NCBI GenBank assembly: GCA_017609105.1
Contig: JAFCEQ010000002.1
Span: 1 to 54,090 of the forward strand
Direction of reading: 5' to 3'
Length of the DNA stretch: 54,090 bases
DNA from: Candidatus Parvarchaeota archaeon
GTDB taxonomy: Archaea; Nanobdellota; Nanobdellia; JAFCGN01
Shown here piece by piece: positions 29,807 through 38,766 of the stretch. Each line of letters opens with the position of its first letter. Positions within the stretch are counted from its first letter, which is position 1. The position numbers were made by a program, and so were the translations under genes. The notes under the pieces are model-generated. The model was given only the letters and a program-made list of their open reading frames with translations. It was not told the DNA's origin and did not search any database.

Positions 29807-30301
29807 ATGACTGAAGAAGGAATCCTTTTAAGAATAACAATAGAAATGGTTGGCCAACCTAAAGCAGTGCTCTTGCAGGCTTTAAAGAATGTTAGTGAAG
29901 AAATAAAAGAGAAATATGAAGCATCAGATATTGTTTTATCCGATGCTGAAAAAATTGGTACAACGCTTTTATCAGCTTTTGTTGAAATGAAAGTTAGAGT
30001 AAAAAATTATGAAGAGCTTTCTAATCTTGTGATTGATTACATGCCATCATTTGTTGAAGTTCTTGAACCAAACAAAATAGTTGTGGAACTGCCTGAACTT
30101 GAACAATCAATTAATAATTTTGTTGCTATTATTCAAAAACTTGACAAGCAATTAAAGTACGTAGCAGCAAATAATGTTATTTTGCAGAAAAAGTTGCAAG
30201 AATTAGATAAGAATTCAAGCAAACAAAATTCTTTAAGTCAAGAAAAACAAGAAAATTCTAAAAAAAATAAGAAGCAGAAAAAATCGCGTAAATCTAAATA
30301 A
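29807..30301 (+). CDS. Hypothetical protein
   Basis: IEMVGQPK...SAFVEM...DYMPSFVEVLEP, C-terminal coiled coil and basic tail; AGGTG SD. Confidence 0.8.
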   Translation: MTEEGILLRITIEMVGQPKAVLLQALKNVSEEIKEKYEASDIVLSDAEKIGTTLLSAFVEMKVRVKNYEELSNLVIDYMPSFVEVLEPNKIVVELPELEQSINNFVAIIQKLDKQLKYVAANNVILQKKLQELDKNSSKQNSLSQEKQENSKKNKKQKKSRKSK

Positions 30302-30394
30302 AACGCTTTCTAATTAAAGGTATCACAAAATATTTAAATACTTATGAAACCTATCTATTTTTATGACCCCTCCTAGGAGATAGGGTGAACTAAC

Positions 30395-32797
30395 ATGGAA
30401 TTAAATAAATTGAAAAATGGAATAAAAAAAATAGCAGCAGTCGCGGGAACTGGAATTTTTGCAATGGCAACAATTTCTGGTGCCTTGGCAGCAGCAGATC
30501 TTAGCAAGATTGCAACTGCAGGCGGATCTTTTATTGATTCCAACGGGAACTTGAACGCTAACATCGTTCTTGGAACTGGTGGAGCAACAAATGTTGTTGG
30601 ATTCGCACAAGATGTTGCAGGCGCAATTGAAGTAGGAGCTGCTCTTGCACAAAGTGCTACATCAAGCACAGGCAATTCAGCTGTCTTAAGCACAACTGCG
30701 TGGGAAGGCGCAAACACTTCAATAGCTATAGGTGCAACTAGCTCAACAGAAATGACACTTGATTGGCAAAACATAACTGCATTTGCCAAATACCAATGGA
30801 GTGAAAGCGGAACAACTAAAAACGCAACACAAGTTTTCACAATAGGAGATACAGTAAACTCTACAGGACTTGAAATAACATTTCCAATCGCAAGTCTTAA
30901 CTTGACTTTGGATGTTGAAGGAGATGTTATTAATAAAACAGGAGATTTCCTTAAGATAGGAAATAATGTCTACAAAGTAACAGATATTGCAGCAAATGAA
31001 GACAATGATGCAAGTACAAACATATCTATTGGTAGAACAGCAGAGGATGTGAAATTCAATGTAAATGACAGTAAAACCTATGGAGGCGTAACTGTCAAAT
31101 TGCTTGGAATTGACTCTGCTTCAGGAAATGCACAATTAGAGCTTTCAGGAGATAGTTCTGAAGGCACTAAAACAGTTGTTAAACAACAAGGCCAAAGCTA
31201 TTCTTATGGCAATATTGAAGTAACAGTTGATACAACATGGGGCGGATCAAACCCTTACGCAGTATTAGATATTGTGTATGACAAGCAAACCTTAAGACAA
31301 GGACATGAATTTTATGCAGACACAAATTACAATGTGACCTTCAACAATGTTGTTGGTGGTGCAAATGGTAACACTACAGCGGACATTTCATTATGGAACA
31401 ATAAAATCATTAAATTAACACCAGGAGAATCAACACAAGGTCCAATGGATTTGTTTAACATAACTTTCATTAAGACAGAAAATGTTGCTTCAAGCGATTC
31501 TGGCAGCGAATACCAAAACATTACTGTTAGTGATGCAGTTGCATTAGTGAACACTTTTGATTGTAATGGAGCGTTCACAAACTTCTCTACTGAGAATAAC
31601 TTACTTATTCCAGGATTGAAGTACTACAATTATACTGTAAGCACTAACACAGTAGGAAACAAAATCGCTGATACAAGCACTTCAACAAGTTATAACACTG
31701 GAGGACAAACAGATATCATAGCATACACTGGAGCAAACACAAGTGTTGGAACAAGAGAATTCCGTTTGGAATGTGATAGTGGAACATTAACTGTTTTCTA
31801 TGCAACAGGTACAAGCGGTTGGAGTTCTTTATCAACTAATGAAAATGTGACAACACCTGGCGGATTGTTCTTAAACAATTCTGATGGAACTTTTAGTGTA
31901 AGAGCACCTGCAGTGAAAATAACTGTAAGCAATGGCGGACCATGGACTTATGGAAATACAACAATTTACGGAAGAAAAGGTTCTAACAAGTTAGTGTTAA
32001 ATACAACAGGAGCAGAAAATGATGTAATTACCTTAGATGGTAGTTATGCATCTTATCCAACATACACGAACCTTACATGGGATGGAGACAACGGAATTTT
32101 AACAATAACAGAAGCTAACGGCGACAGTAATACAATAACAGTTGAATTCAATGACACTGAATTCTTCTCTAACATAACTGCATGGGATTACACTGAAGGA
32201 ACAAAAACATCCTTTGGTAGCATGCCATTCTGGACAAATGGAACTGCTGCTGGTAAAGCAGCAAACATTTCAAATGCAGACAATGTTACAATAAAAGTAC
32301 CACAAAAGAAACTTGTGTACGGAACTGGTAGCTGGGGTTCAAATGACATAACTCTTAACCAAGGAGAGAGTTATAATTTCACCAAAGCAACAGATGTTAC
32401 ATTATCAAGTGTTGCTGGCGGTGTGAATAAAGTAACTCCAAACTTTGCTAAATTAGACACTGAAACAGGTGTCAAGGACTTGCCTGTTATCTTAATCGGA
32501 GGTCCAGCAGTCAATGCATTAGTTAAAGAATTAGCTGATGCAAACAAGACATGGAAATCATCTGATTATGCAGAAAACAGAGCAATAATTGATTTAATTG
32601 CTGATGCATTTGCTACCGGCAAGGACGCATTAGTTATTGCAGGTTATGCAGGCAAGGACACAAGATTAGCAGCAAGAGTTGTTGCAAGCGAAATCTTGTA
32701 TCCAGATACTTTAGCAATTGACTTCACTGGTAAAGAAAGAGTTATCTTGAACACTGGTGTAACAGAATACACTGATGTTACTGAAGTAACAGAGTAA
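30395..32797 (+). CDS. S-layer protein (S_layer_N/S_layer_C type)
   Basis: IKKIAAVAGT signal peptide, IVLG...DVAGAIEVGAAL, C-terminal ILIGGPAVNALVKEL and LVIAGYAGKDTRLAA; T/N/G-rich with many sequons. Confidence 0.9.
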   Translation: MELNKLKNGIKKIAAVAGTGIFAMATISGALAAADLSKIATAGGSFIDSNGNLNANIVLGTGGATNVVGFAQDVAGAIEVGAALAQSATSSTGNSAVLSTTAWEGANTSIAIGATSSTEMTLDWQNITAFAKYQWSESGTTKNATQVFTIGDTVNSTGLEITFPIASLNLTLDVEGDVINKTGDFLKIGNNVYKVTDIAANEDNDASTNISIGRTAEDVKFNVNDSKTYGGVTVKLLGIDSASGNAQLELSGDSSEGTKTVVKQQGQSYSYGNIEVTVDTTWGGSNPYAVLDIVYDKQTLRQGHEFYADTNYNVTFNNVVGGANGNTTADISLWNNKIIKLTPGESTQGPMDLFNITFIKTENVASSDSGSEYQNITVSDAVALVNTFDCNGAFTNFSTENNLLIPGLKYYNYTVSTNTVGNKIADTSTSTSYNTGGQTDIIAYTGANTSVGTREFRLECDSGTLTVFYATGTSGWSSLSTNENVTTPGGLFLNNSDGTFSVRAPAVKITVSNGGPWTYGNTTIYGRKGSNKLVLNTTGAENDVITLDGSYASYPTYTNLTWDGDNGILTITEANGDSNTITVEFNDTEFFSNITAWDYTEGTKTSFGSMPFWTNGTAAGKAANISNADNVTIKVPQKKLVYGTGSWGSNDITLNQGESYNFTKATDVTLSSVAGGVNKVTPNFAKLDTETGVKDLPVILIGGPAVNALVKELADANKTWKSSDYAENRAIIDLIADAFATGKDALVIAGYAGKDTRLAARVVASEILYPDTLAIDFTGKERVILNTGVTEYTDVTEVTE

Positions 32798-32855
32798 GCG
32801 ATTGCTTAAAAAAAAGGATTTTTTAATCCTTTACCCTTTTCTTTTTTTTCTTTTT
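32795..32855 (+). terminator. Hairpin plus T-tract terminator of the S-layer gene
   Basis: AAAGGATT-TTTT-AATCCTTT (32813-32832) followed by long T/C tracts. Confidence 0.65.
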
Positions 32856-32936
32856 AACCAAAAAATATGATTGATTAATTTCTGAAAAAATTATTTTGGA
32901 AAACTATTTAAACCATCTTTCTTTTTTTAATTAGTT

Positions 32937-33470
32937 ATGCAAAAACTTGCTTTTAAAGTAATGCTGCTTTTCGTAAGCATTGTTATTATTATGTATCTTG
33001 CACTTGTTTGGAATGCAGAATTAAATGAAATGCAAGAGTTAAAAGAAAAGCAAGCGTTTTATGATGCTCAATGCAAATTGCTTGGAGAGAACGTAATGAA
33101 TTACACTGATGAAAATTGTTCTTTCAGTTTTTCTTATCTTGATGAGAACGCAAAGTATTATGCTTGCGATATTTTATGCAAGAAAAATGTTTTAACTTAT
33201 AATTTAACAAATACTTTAAATAATCCTTTTATAGAGTTAAAAGGAGAAACACCTAAAACTTTTGAAGAATGCTTTTCATTTGCTTCTACAAATCCAAATG
33301 AGAGTGTGTTCACAATCCGTTTTGTTGGAACAGAGCAAACATGCTTTCTTGATGTTAATCTTTCTGTAAGAAATGTTTGCGATTCTATTACAGTGCCAGA
33401 ACCTTATTCTTATGTTTTTGAAAATAATTCATGTTATTTAAAACAAACAATAGCAATACCAATTAAGTAA
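32937..33470 (+). CDS. Membrane-anchored Cys-rich extracellular protein
   Basis: N-terminal TM helix, multiple Cys, N-x-S/T sequons. Confidence 0.75.
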   Translation: MQKLAFKVMLLFVSIVIIMYLALVWNAELNEMQELKEKQAFYDAQCKLLGENVMNYTDENCSFSFSYLDENAKYYACDILCKKNVLTYNLTNTLNNPFIELKGETPKTFEECFSFASTNPNESVFTIRFVGTEQTCFLDVNLSVRNVCDSITVPEPYSYVFENNSCYLKQTIAIPIK

Positions 33471-33584
33471 TGCTTAAAAAAATTTAAGTTAAAAAAAACA
33501 TTGGTTTTGAGAACATAAATTAACTTTTTAATTAAAAAAAATTAATGCATAATTTTAATATATTAAAAACATTCCTTATATTTT

Positions 33585-34148
33585 ATGAGATTTTTAACTA
33601 AGCACTATGTTGAGTTCGGAATCATTTCTTTAATCATTTTTCTTTCAGTACTAACAAGAAATTCTTCTTCAACAATTATTGGTTCTGCTATTGTTAATGC
33701 TGATAACATAAACAATCAAGATTTTATTAGTATAAAAAATGATTATGAATCTCAAATAAAGGATTTAAACAAAGAATTATTGAAAACTAAAAATTTATTG
33801 TTTGAATGCCAAGAAGGGTATAAAGAAGTGTTAGAAAACGTTACTATCGCTAATGAAAAAGAGGTTGAGGATTTAAACAAAAGACTTGATGATTGTTATT
33901 TTAATGTTAAATCAAAAGAGTTTCAAATAAATAATTTAACTAAAGTAATAAATAATTTTAATGAAGAAAAAAATGATTTAAATGAAGAGTACTCCCTTCT
34001 TGCTGAAAATTTCGCAATTAAGTATTGTTGTGTTCAAAGAATTATTAATCCAGAAATCAAATATTATTTTGTTGAAAATAATACAGTGTTTTGTTCAACA
34101 ACAAAGAATAATACGGGTTATTATGAGTTTTACCAAAATTGTCCTTAA
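33585..34148 (+). CDS. Membrane-anchored coiled-coil protein with Cys-rich C-terminus
   Basis: N-terminal TM helix, heptads, C-terminal YCCV...FC...CP. Confidence 0.75.
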   Translation: MRFLTKHYVEFGIISLIIFLSVLTRNSSSTIIGSAIVNADNINNQDFISIKNDYESQIKDLNKELLKTKNLLFECQEGYKEVLENVTIANEKEVEDLNKRLDDCYFNVKSKEFQINNLTKVINNFNEEKNDLNEEYSLLAENFAIKYCCVQRIINPEIKYYFVENNTVFCSTTKNNTGYYEFYQNCP

Positions 34149-34223
34149 AGAATTTTGTGCTTTAAAGAAGTTAATTTTTTTGTGAGTAGAAAATTAAATT
34201 AATCAAAAAGTGTTAGTTATAAA

Positions 34224-34745
34224 ATGATGATATCATTAATTGGAGTAATAAGTTTGTTAATTTTTTTGGTTTTAATTATTCCTTATTGGAAAGAAAGACC
34301 TGAATACATTAGTTTTCCATTATTGCTTATGGGATTAAGTTTTTTCATTTATTTCTTGAATGATTTAATTAGTTTTATGAACTCAAATAATTTGCGAGTT
34401 ATTCACTCTTATTTTTGGGTTTTCATGTTCTGTGTTTTCATGTTCTTGTATAAGAAGAAGTTTGAATACCTCGTGCTTTACACTTTTCTTGTTTTTTTTC
34501 CTGTTATAATCTCTCATTTCTTTTTCATTGAATTAGTTATTGCAGTAGAAGTAATTGCTTATATTATTTCTGCTTTATTGTTTTTTGGTTTTGCTTTTAA
34601 TAAGCCAAAAGAAATGAAATACGCTTCTTATATTGGTGTGATAGCCTGTGTTTTGTTGATTTTTACAAGTTTTGCTAAAATAACTTATGCTTTTCCATTG
34701 AGTTTGCTTGGATTATCTTTTTCAATAATTGCATTAAAAGTTTGA
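34224..34745 (+). CDS. Polytopic membrane protein, unknown function
   Basis: 173 aa, almost entirely hydrophobic helices. Confidence 0.75.
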   Translation: MMISLIGVISLLIFLVLIIPYWKERPEYISFPLLLMGLSFFIYFLNDLISFMNSNNLRVIHSYFWVFMFCVFMFLYKKKFEYLVLYTFLVFFPVIISHFFFIELVIAVEVIAYIISALLFFGFAFNKPKEMKYASYIGVIACVLLIFTSFAKITYAFPLSLLGLSFSIIALKV

Positions 34746-34780
34746 AGCAAGGTGTTTTTGAGAATAATGTATTTTTTTTA

Positions 34781-35476
34781 TTAGTGTGAAGCGAGTAATT
34801 GTTCGTTAATTATTTCTTCTATTTCATTTTTTGGTATTACTTTTGAGATTGTAATGTTTTCATTAAAAAGAATGGTTGGGAATTCAGTTATATTATATTT
34901 ATTCATCATCGCGTTTACTGAAGTTAAATTTAAATCAGTTGCTAATGGTATAAGCATTATGTTCTTTCCGTATTCTTGTTTTATATTAAAAAGGAGTTCG
35001 CTTATCTTATCTTGTTCAACTTTTTTTGTTGTAGTAACATTGTCCTTATATAAATACACTACATTAATGTAATCACTATTATTGCACATTTCTTTAATGC
35101 TTATGGAATTAATCCAGAATTGAAGCCTTAAAAGATTGTATTCTCTTTTTTCAACATATAAGTTTGTTTCAAAATCATTTCTTTTTTCATATGTTGCTAT
35201 TTTTTTTCCTCTTTCATAAATGTCATCACCGAATCTTAGGTTTTCATTAATCATGTTTTCACAGAATTTTTCATTATTTGTTTTTAGGTTTTCTTGTATT
35301 ATATCTGATTGTAATTGTATGTCATTCCATGAGATTTGCATTTCTTTGTAATCATTTTTGATTTCATTTATTCTATTTTTTTGCATTTCTACTCCGAAGA
35401 GAATGCCTGCAGAGAAAATAATTAAGGTTAGTATGCCTGAAGTTATTGCAGTTCTAATAATGTTTACCATTTCCAC
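34781..35476 (-). CDS. Membrane-anchored protein with C-terminal thioredoxin-like fold (no CxxC)
   Basis: N-terminal TM and coiled coil; VVYLY...KYNITEFPTILFN cis-Pro-like motif. Confidence 0.65.
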   Translation of the reverse strand: MEMVNIIRTAITSGILTLIIFSAGILFGVEMQKNRINEIKNDYKEMQISWNDIQLQSDIIQENLKTNNEKFCENMINENLRFGDDIYERGKKIATYEKRNDFETNLYVEKREYNLLRLQFWINSISIKEMCNNSDYINVVYLYKDNVTTTKKVEQDKISELLFNIKQEYGKNIMLIPLATDLNLTSVNAMMNKYNITEFPTILFNENITISKVIPKNEIEEIINEQLLASH

Positions 35477-36708
35477 TCTCCTTTATTAACTCTAATAATT
35501 CCTTGTATTAATATTATTGGGAATAATGCAAGATAAAAAGTTAGTGTTATGAGGAGTATGAAAACCCCTCCTTTATGAAGGTTGAAGTATTTTTTGTTTT
35601 TTAAACTAAGCAAGGAAATTGTTGTATAAATTATTGATGCAATGAATAAGAGTATTCCGAAGAAAGTGAAGGAGTTTGGAATTTCCACGTATTCAATTAC
35701 TGAAGGAGGTTGAGCAAATCTTGCTATTATTGAATAATAAATTCTTGGTATTCCTTCAATTATAAACCTGTATATTACGATTGCGAAACCAAGTAAGGAA
35801 GTAAAAAAAGATAGAGCAAAAAATGGGAAAACAAATTTGCTTACAATCCCGTACTCTTTTTGTTTGAACAAGGATTTCTTGTATTTTAATAGTGTTTGAT
35901 ACCCTCCTGCACTCCACCTCACTCTTTGCTTCCACCATTTCTTAAAATTTTTCGGAGCGCTTGTGTAAACAATTGCTTTTAATGAAATCCTAACATTATA
36001 TCCTTTTGAGAGCAGTCTCCATCCAATTTCAATGTCTTCTGTAATGTTTTTTTCATCAAAACCCCCGATTTTTTTAAGAACACTTGCTTTGTAAACGCTT
36101 AAAGGTCCTGGAGTTACGTAAATTGCTCCAATGAATTCAAGAAGTTTTCTCACCCAAAGAATGCTGGTGTACTCAACATCTTGCATTTTTTCTAAAAAAG
36201 TATTTCTTTTTTTTAATTGAATGTTTGAGGTCACAGCATCAGTGTTAGGATAATTTTCAAACACTCCCATTATCATTTTTAAAGCGTTTTTATCAAGATA
36301 AGAATCAGCGTCAACAACTCCAATGAATTCGTTTTTCGCTATTTTTAATGCATTGTTTAAAGCAACAGCTTTTCCTTGGTTTTTTTGGTTTATGATTTTA
36401 ATTATTTTCGGGTATTTTTTCTGCCATTTTTTTAGTATTTTTAAAGTATTATCTGTTGAACCATCATTTATTGCAATTATTTCAATCTTGTTTTTTGAGT
36501 AATTAGAAGCTAAAATTGATTTTATGCTTTCTTCAACGTTTCTTCCTTCATTATAAGCTGGTATTAGAATGCTTATTCCTTTTTCTTTTTTAGCAGGTTT
36601 GTCTTTGAAGAACAAATCAAATGTTTCAACATAAATTAAACTAAAGAAAATCGTGAAGTAAAGCGTGCAAATTATGAAAAAATAAAACATTAAAGGCAGT
36701 ATTCCCAT
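35464..36708 (-). CDS. Processive GT2 glycosyltransferase (PgaC/IcaA/cellulose-synthase-like)
   Basis: IPAYNE, NDGSTD, GKA.ALN, VDAD, ITED, KQRVRW (QxxRW), flanking TM helices. Confidence 0.9.
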   Translation of the reverse strand: MGILPLMFYFFIICTLYFTIFFSLIYVETFDLFFKDKPAKKEKGISILIPAYNEGRNVEESIKSILASNYSKNKIEIIAINDGSTDNTLKILKKWQKKYPKIIKIINQKNQGKAVALNNALKIAKNEFIGVVDADSYLDKNALKMIMGVFENYPNTDAVTSNIQLKKRNTFLEKMQDVEYTSILWVRKLLEFIGAIYVTPGPLSVYKASVLKKIGGFDEKNITEDIEIGWRLLSKGYNVRISLKAIVYTSAPKNFKKWWKQRVRWSAGGYQTLLKYKKSLFKQKEYGIVSKFVFPFFALSFFTSLLGFAIVIYRFIIEGIPRIYYSIIARFAQPPSVIEYVEIPNSFTFFGILLFIASIIYTTISLLSLKNKKYFNLHKGGVFILLITLTFYLALFPIILIQGIIRVNKGEWKW

Positions 36709-36722
36709 TTAACATCACTTAT

Positions 36723-37904
36723 TCAATTATTGTTTAAATTTTTTGTTAATTCATTTATTACAGTAGTAGCATACGCTCCTTTATTAAGACAGAAACTAAG
36801 TATTAAATTCCTCTTTTTAAGTTTATACTTGAAATTCCTTACTTTAATCATTGTTTTTCTTTCTCCTCCTTTTAAACTCATTTCAGGCATTAATTTTGTT
36901 CTAAAATCTTGAGGTTCTATTTTTTCTTTTTCAAGTATTTTTTTCATTTCTTCAGGGATTTCTTCACTCTTATAACCTATTAATGGGAGGTATTCAGGCA
37001 CGTCATTCCATGAATACTTGCTTAAACAGTTATTAAATAAATAGGATTGAACTGAGTGAACAAACATTAATCTTAATTTTCTTGGAATTCTTTTCATTGC
37101 ACTAAGATAATCCTCTTGATTTCTTGAAAGATATTGAATAACGCTTCTTTCAATACCCAAGTATTTTGGGTATTCTTCTAATGCTTTTTTAAAACCTTGT
37201 TTATTCCAATTTTTTTTTAAATTCTCTCTTGCCCTTGTTGCTTCCTCGCTTTCATCTCCTGTTTTAGTTAAAAAAATTTTCACAGCTTTTTTATAATCAT
37301 CATTTATCATTGCTCTGCCCACTAAATAATTTGTTTTTCTTTGAATGCCGAAACGTTGAGGTCCAAAATAATTTGGCAACCCCTTTTGTATTTCTTTTTT
37401 GAATTCTTCCATTATTTCTTTTGTTGCATTAGTTTCTCTTAATCTTATTCTAAAACAATTTCCTTTTAAATCTCCTAATCTAAGTCTTTTTTTGGAATAA
37501 GAGAAATTTTTTAATTGAAGATCTTTAATTCTAATTTTCTTTAATTTTTTTAAATCTACTTTGAATCCTGTAATGCTTTGGCTTGTTATCCCAATTTTAT
37601 CTTTTGTTCCAGCGTAGTCAAATCGTGTTGGACTTACATTCATTCTTTTGCTTATTTCTTCAAGCGCTCTTTGAGTAGTGTAATTTCTTTTCACTAAAGT
37701 GAAGTTCACGTATTTCTCTTTTTTATTTCTCGGTTTTTTTGGAAGAAAATCTTTTATTCTTTCTAAAAAAGCGTATTTCACGCTTCTTTTTTTTCCATCC
37801 ACACTTATTTCTTCAACAATAAAGTCCTCAGGATATTTTTTAAACACTCCTTTCACTGGTGGCGTGCTCGTCCAATATTTAATGCCATATTCTTCAATTA
37901 TCAT
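36723..37904 (-). CDS. truD: tRNA pseudouridine(13) synthase
   Basis: PEDFIVEE, YAGTKDK.GITSQ, LGDLKGNCF, PNYFGPQRFG, GAYAT. Confidence 0.95.
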   Translation of the reverse strand: MIIEEYGIKYWTSTPPVKGVFKKYPEDFIVEEISVDGKKRSVKYAFLERIKDFLPKKPRNKKEKYVNFTLVKRNYTTQRALEEISKRMNVSPTRFDYAGTKDKIGITSQSITGFKVDLKKLKKIRIKDLQLKNFSYSKKRLRLGDLKGNCFRIRLRETNATKEIMEEFKKEIQKGLPNYFGPQRFGIQRKTNYLVGRAMINDDYKKAVKIFLTKTGDESEEATRARENLKKNWNKQGFKKALEEYPKYLGIERSVIQYLSRNQEDYLSAMKRIPRKLRLMFVHSVQSYLFNNCLSKYSWNDVPEYLPLIGYKSEEIPEEMKKILEKEKIEPQDFRTKLMPEMSLKGGERKTMIKVRNFKYKLKKRNLILSFCLNKGAYATTVINELTKNLNNN

Positions 37905-37958
37905 TCTAGTATTTAGTGAAAGATTAAGAATTTAAAACCTTGCTAACTATATTTTTTT

Positions 37959-38498
37959 ATGTTATCTGTTTTAAGATTAGGGCATAGGGTAAGAAGAGAT
38001 AAGAGAATCACAACTCACTGCGCTCTTACAAGCAGGGCTTTTGGAGTTGATGAAATGGTTTTCACTGGAGATAAAGATGAGAGTATAATAAAAAGCGTGC
38101 GAGATGTTGTTAAAAGATGGGGCGGGAATTTTAGGATTTCTTATTCAAAAAAATGGAAGGATGTTTTGTTTTCTAAAAGAAATCAAGATTATAAAATTGT
38201 TCATTTAACAATGTATGGTGTTCAATTATTGGATGTTATTCCAAAAATAAGAAAAGAGAAAAATTTATTGGTTGTTGTTGGCGGGGAAAAAGTTCCTCCT
38301 GAAATATTTAAAGAAGCAGATTATAATGTTAGTGTTGGACTTCAACCGCATAGCGAGGTTGCAGCACTTGCTGTTTTTTTTCATGAATATTTTAAAGGAA
38401 AAGAACTCACAAGAGATTTTAATAATAAAAAATTTGAGAAAGGAATTAAGATATTGCCTCAAGAAAAAGGCAAGAAAGTAATAAAGAATTCTTTTTAA
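37959..38498 (+). CDS. trm56: tRNA (cytidine56-2'-O)-methyltransferase aTrm56
   Basis: VLRLGHR..RDKRITTH, RWGG.F, VHLTMYG, VGGEKVP, QPHSEVAALA. Confidence 0.96.
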   Translation: MLSVLRLGHRVRRDKRITTHCALTSRAFGVDEMVFTGDKDESIIKSVRDVVKRWGGNFRISYSKKWKDVLFSKRNQDYKIVHLTMYGVQLLDVIPKIRKEKNLLVVVGGEKVPPEIFKEADYNVSVGLQPHSEVAALAVFFHEYFKGKELTRDFNNKKFEKGIKILPQEKGKKVIKNSF

Positions 38499-38547
38499 GA
38501 GTTATTTTTAAAAATAATTGAAGAGTATGATATTATTGGGGGGTGTT

Positions 38548-38766
38548 ATGGAAAAAAGTGTTATTGAAGAAGTGAAAAAAATTCGTGATGAAGTGAAGAG
38601 ATTAAAATCAGAGCTTACATGGGTTAACAGCAGGTTGAATGAAATAAAATGGGATTTAGAAAGAAATCATTATTCAGAATATAGTTTGAGAAGAAAGGAA
38701 GAGTATGAATCTCAAAAAGAAATGCTTGAAAAAAGGATTGATGAGCTTATGCAGAAATTATTATAA
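38548..38766 (+). CDS. Small coiled-coil hypothetical protein
   Basis: GGGGGTG SD before ATG 38548; heptad-rich. Confidence 0.6.
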   Translation: MEKSVIEEVKKIRDEVKRLKSELTWVNSRLNEIKWDLERNHYSEYSLRRKEEYESQKEMLEKRIDELMQKLL

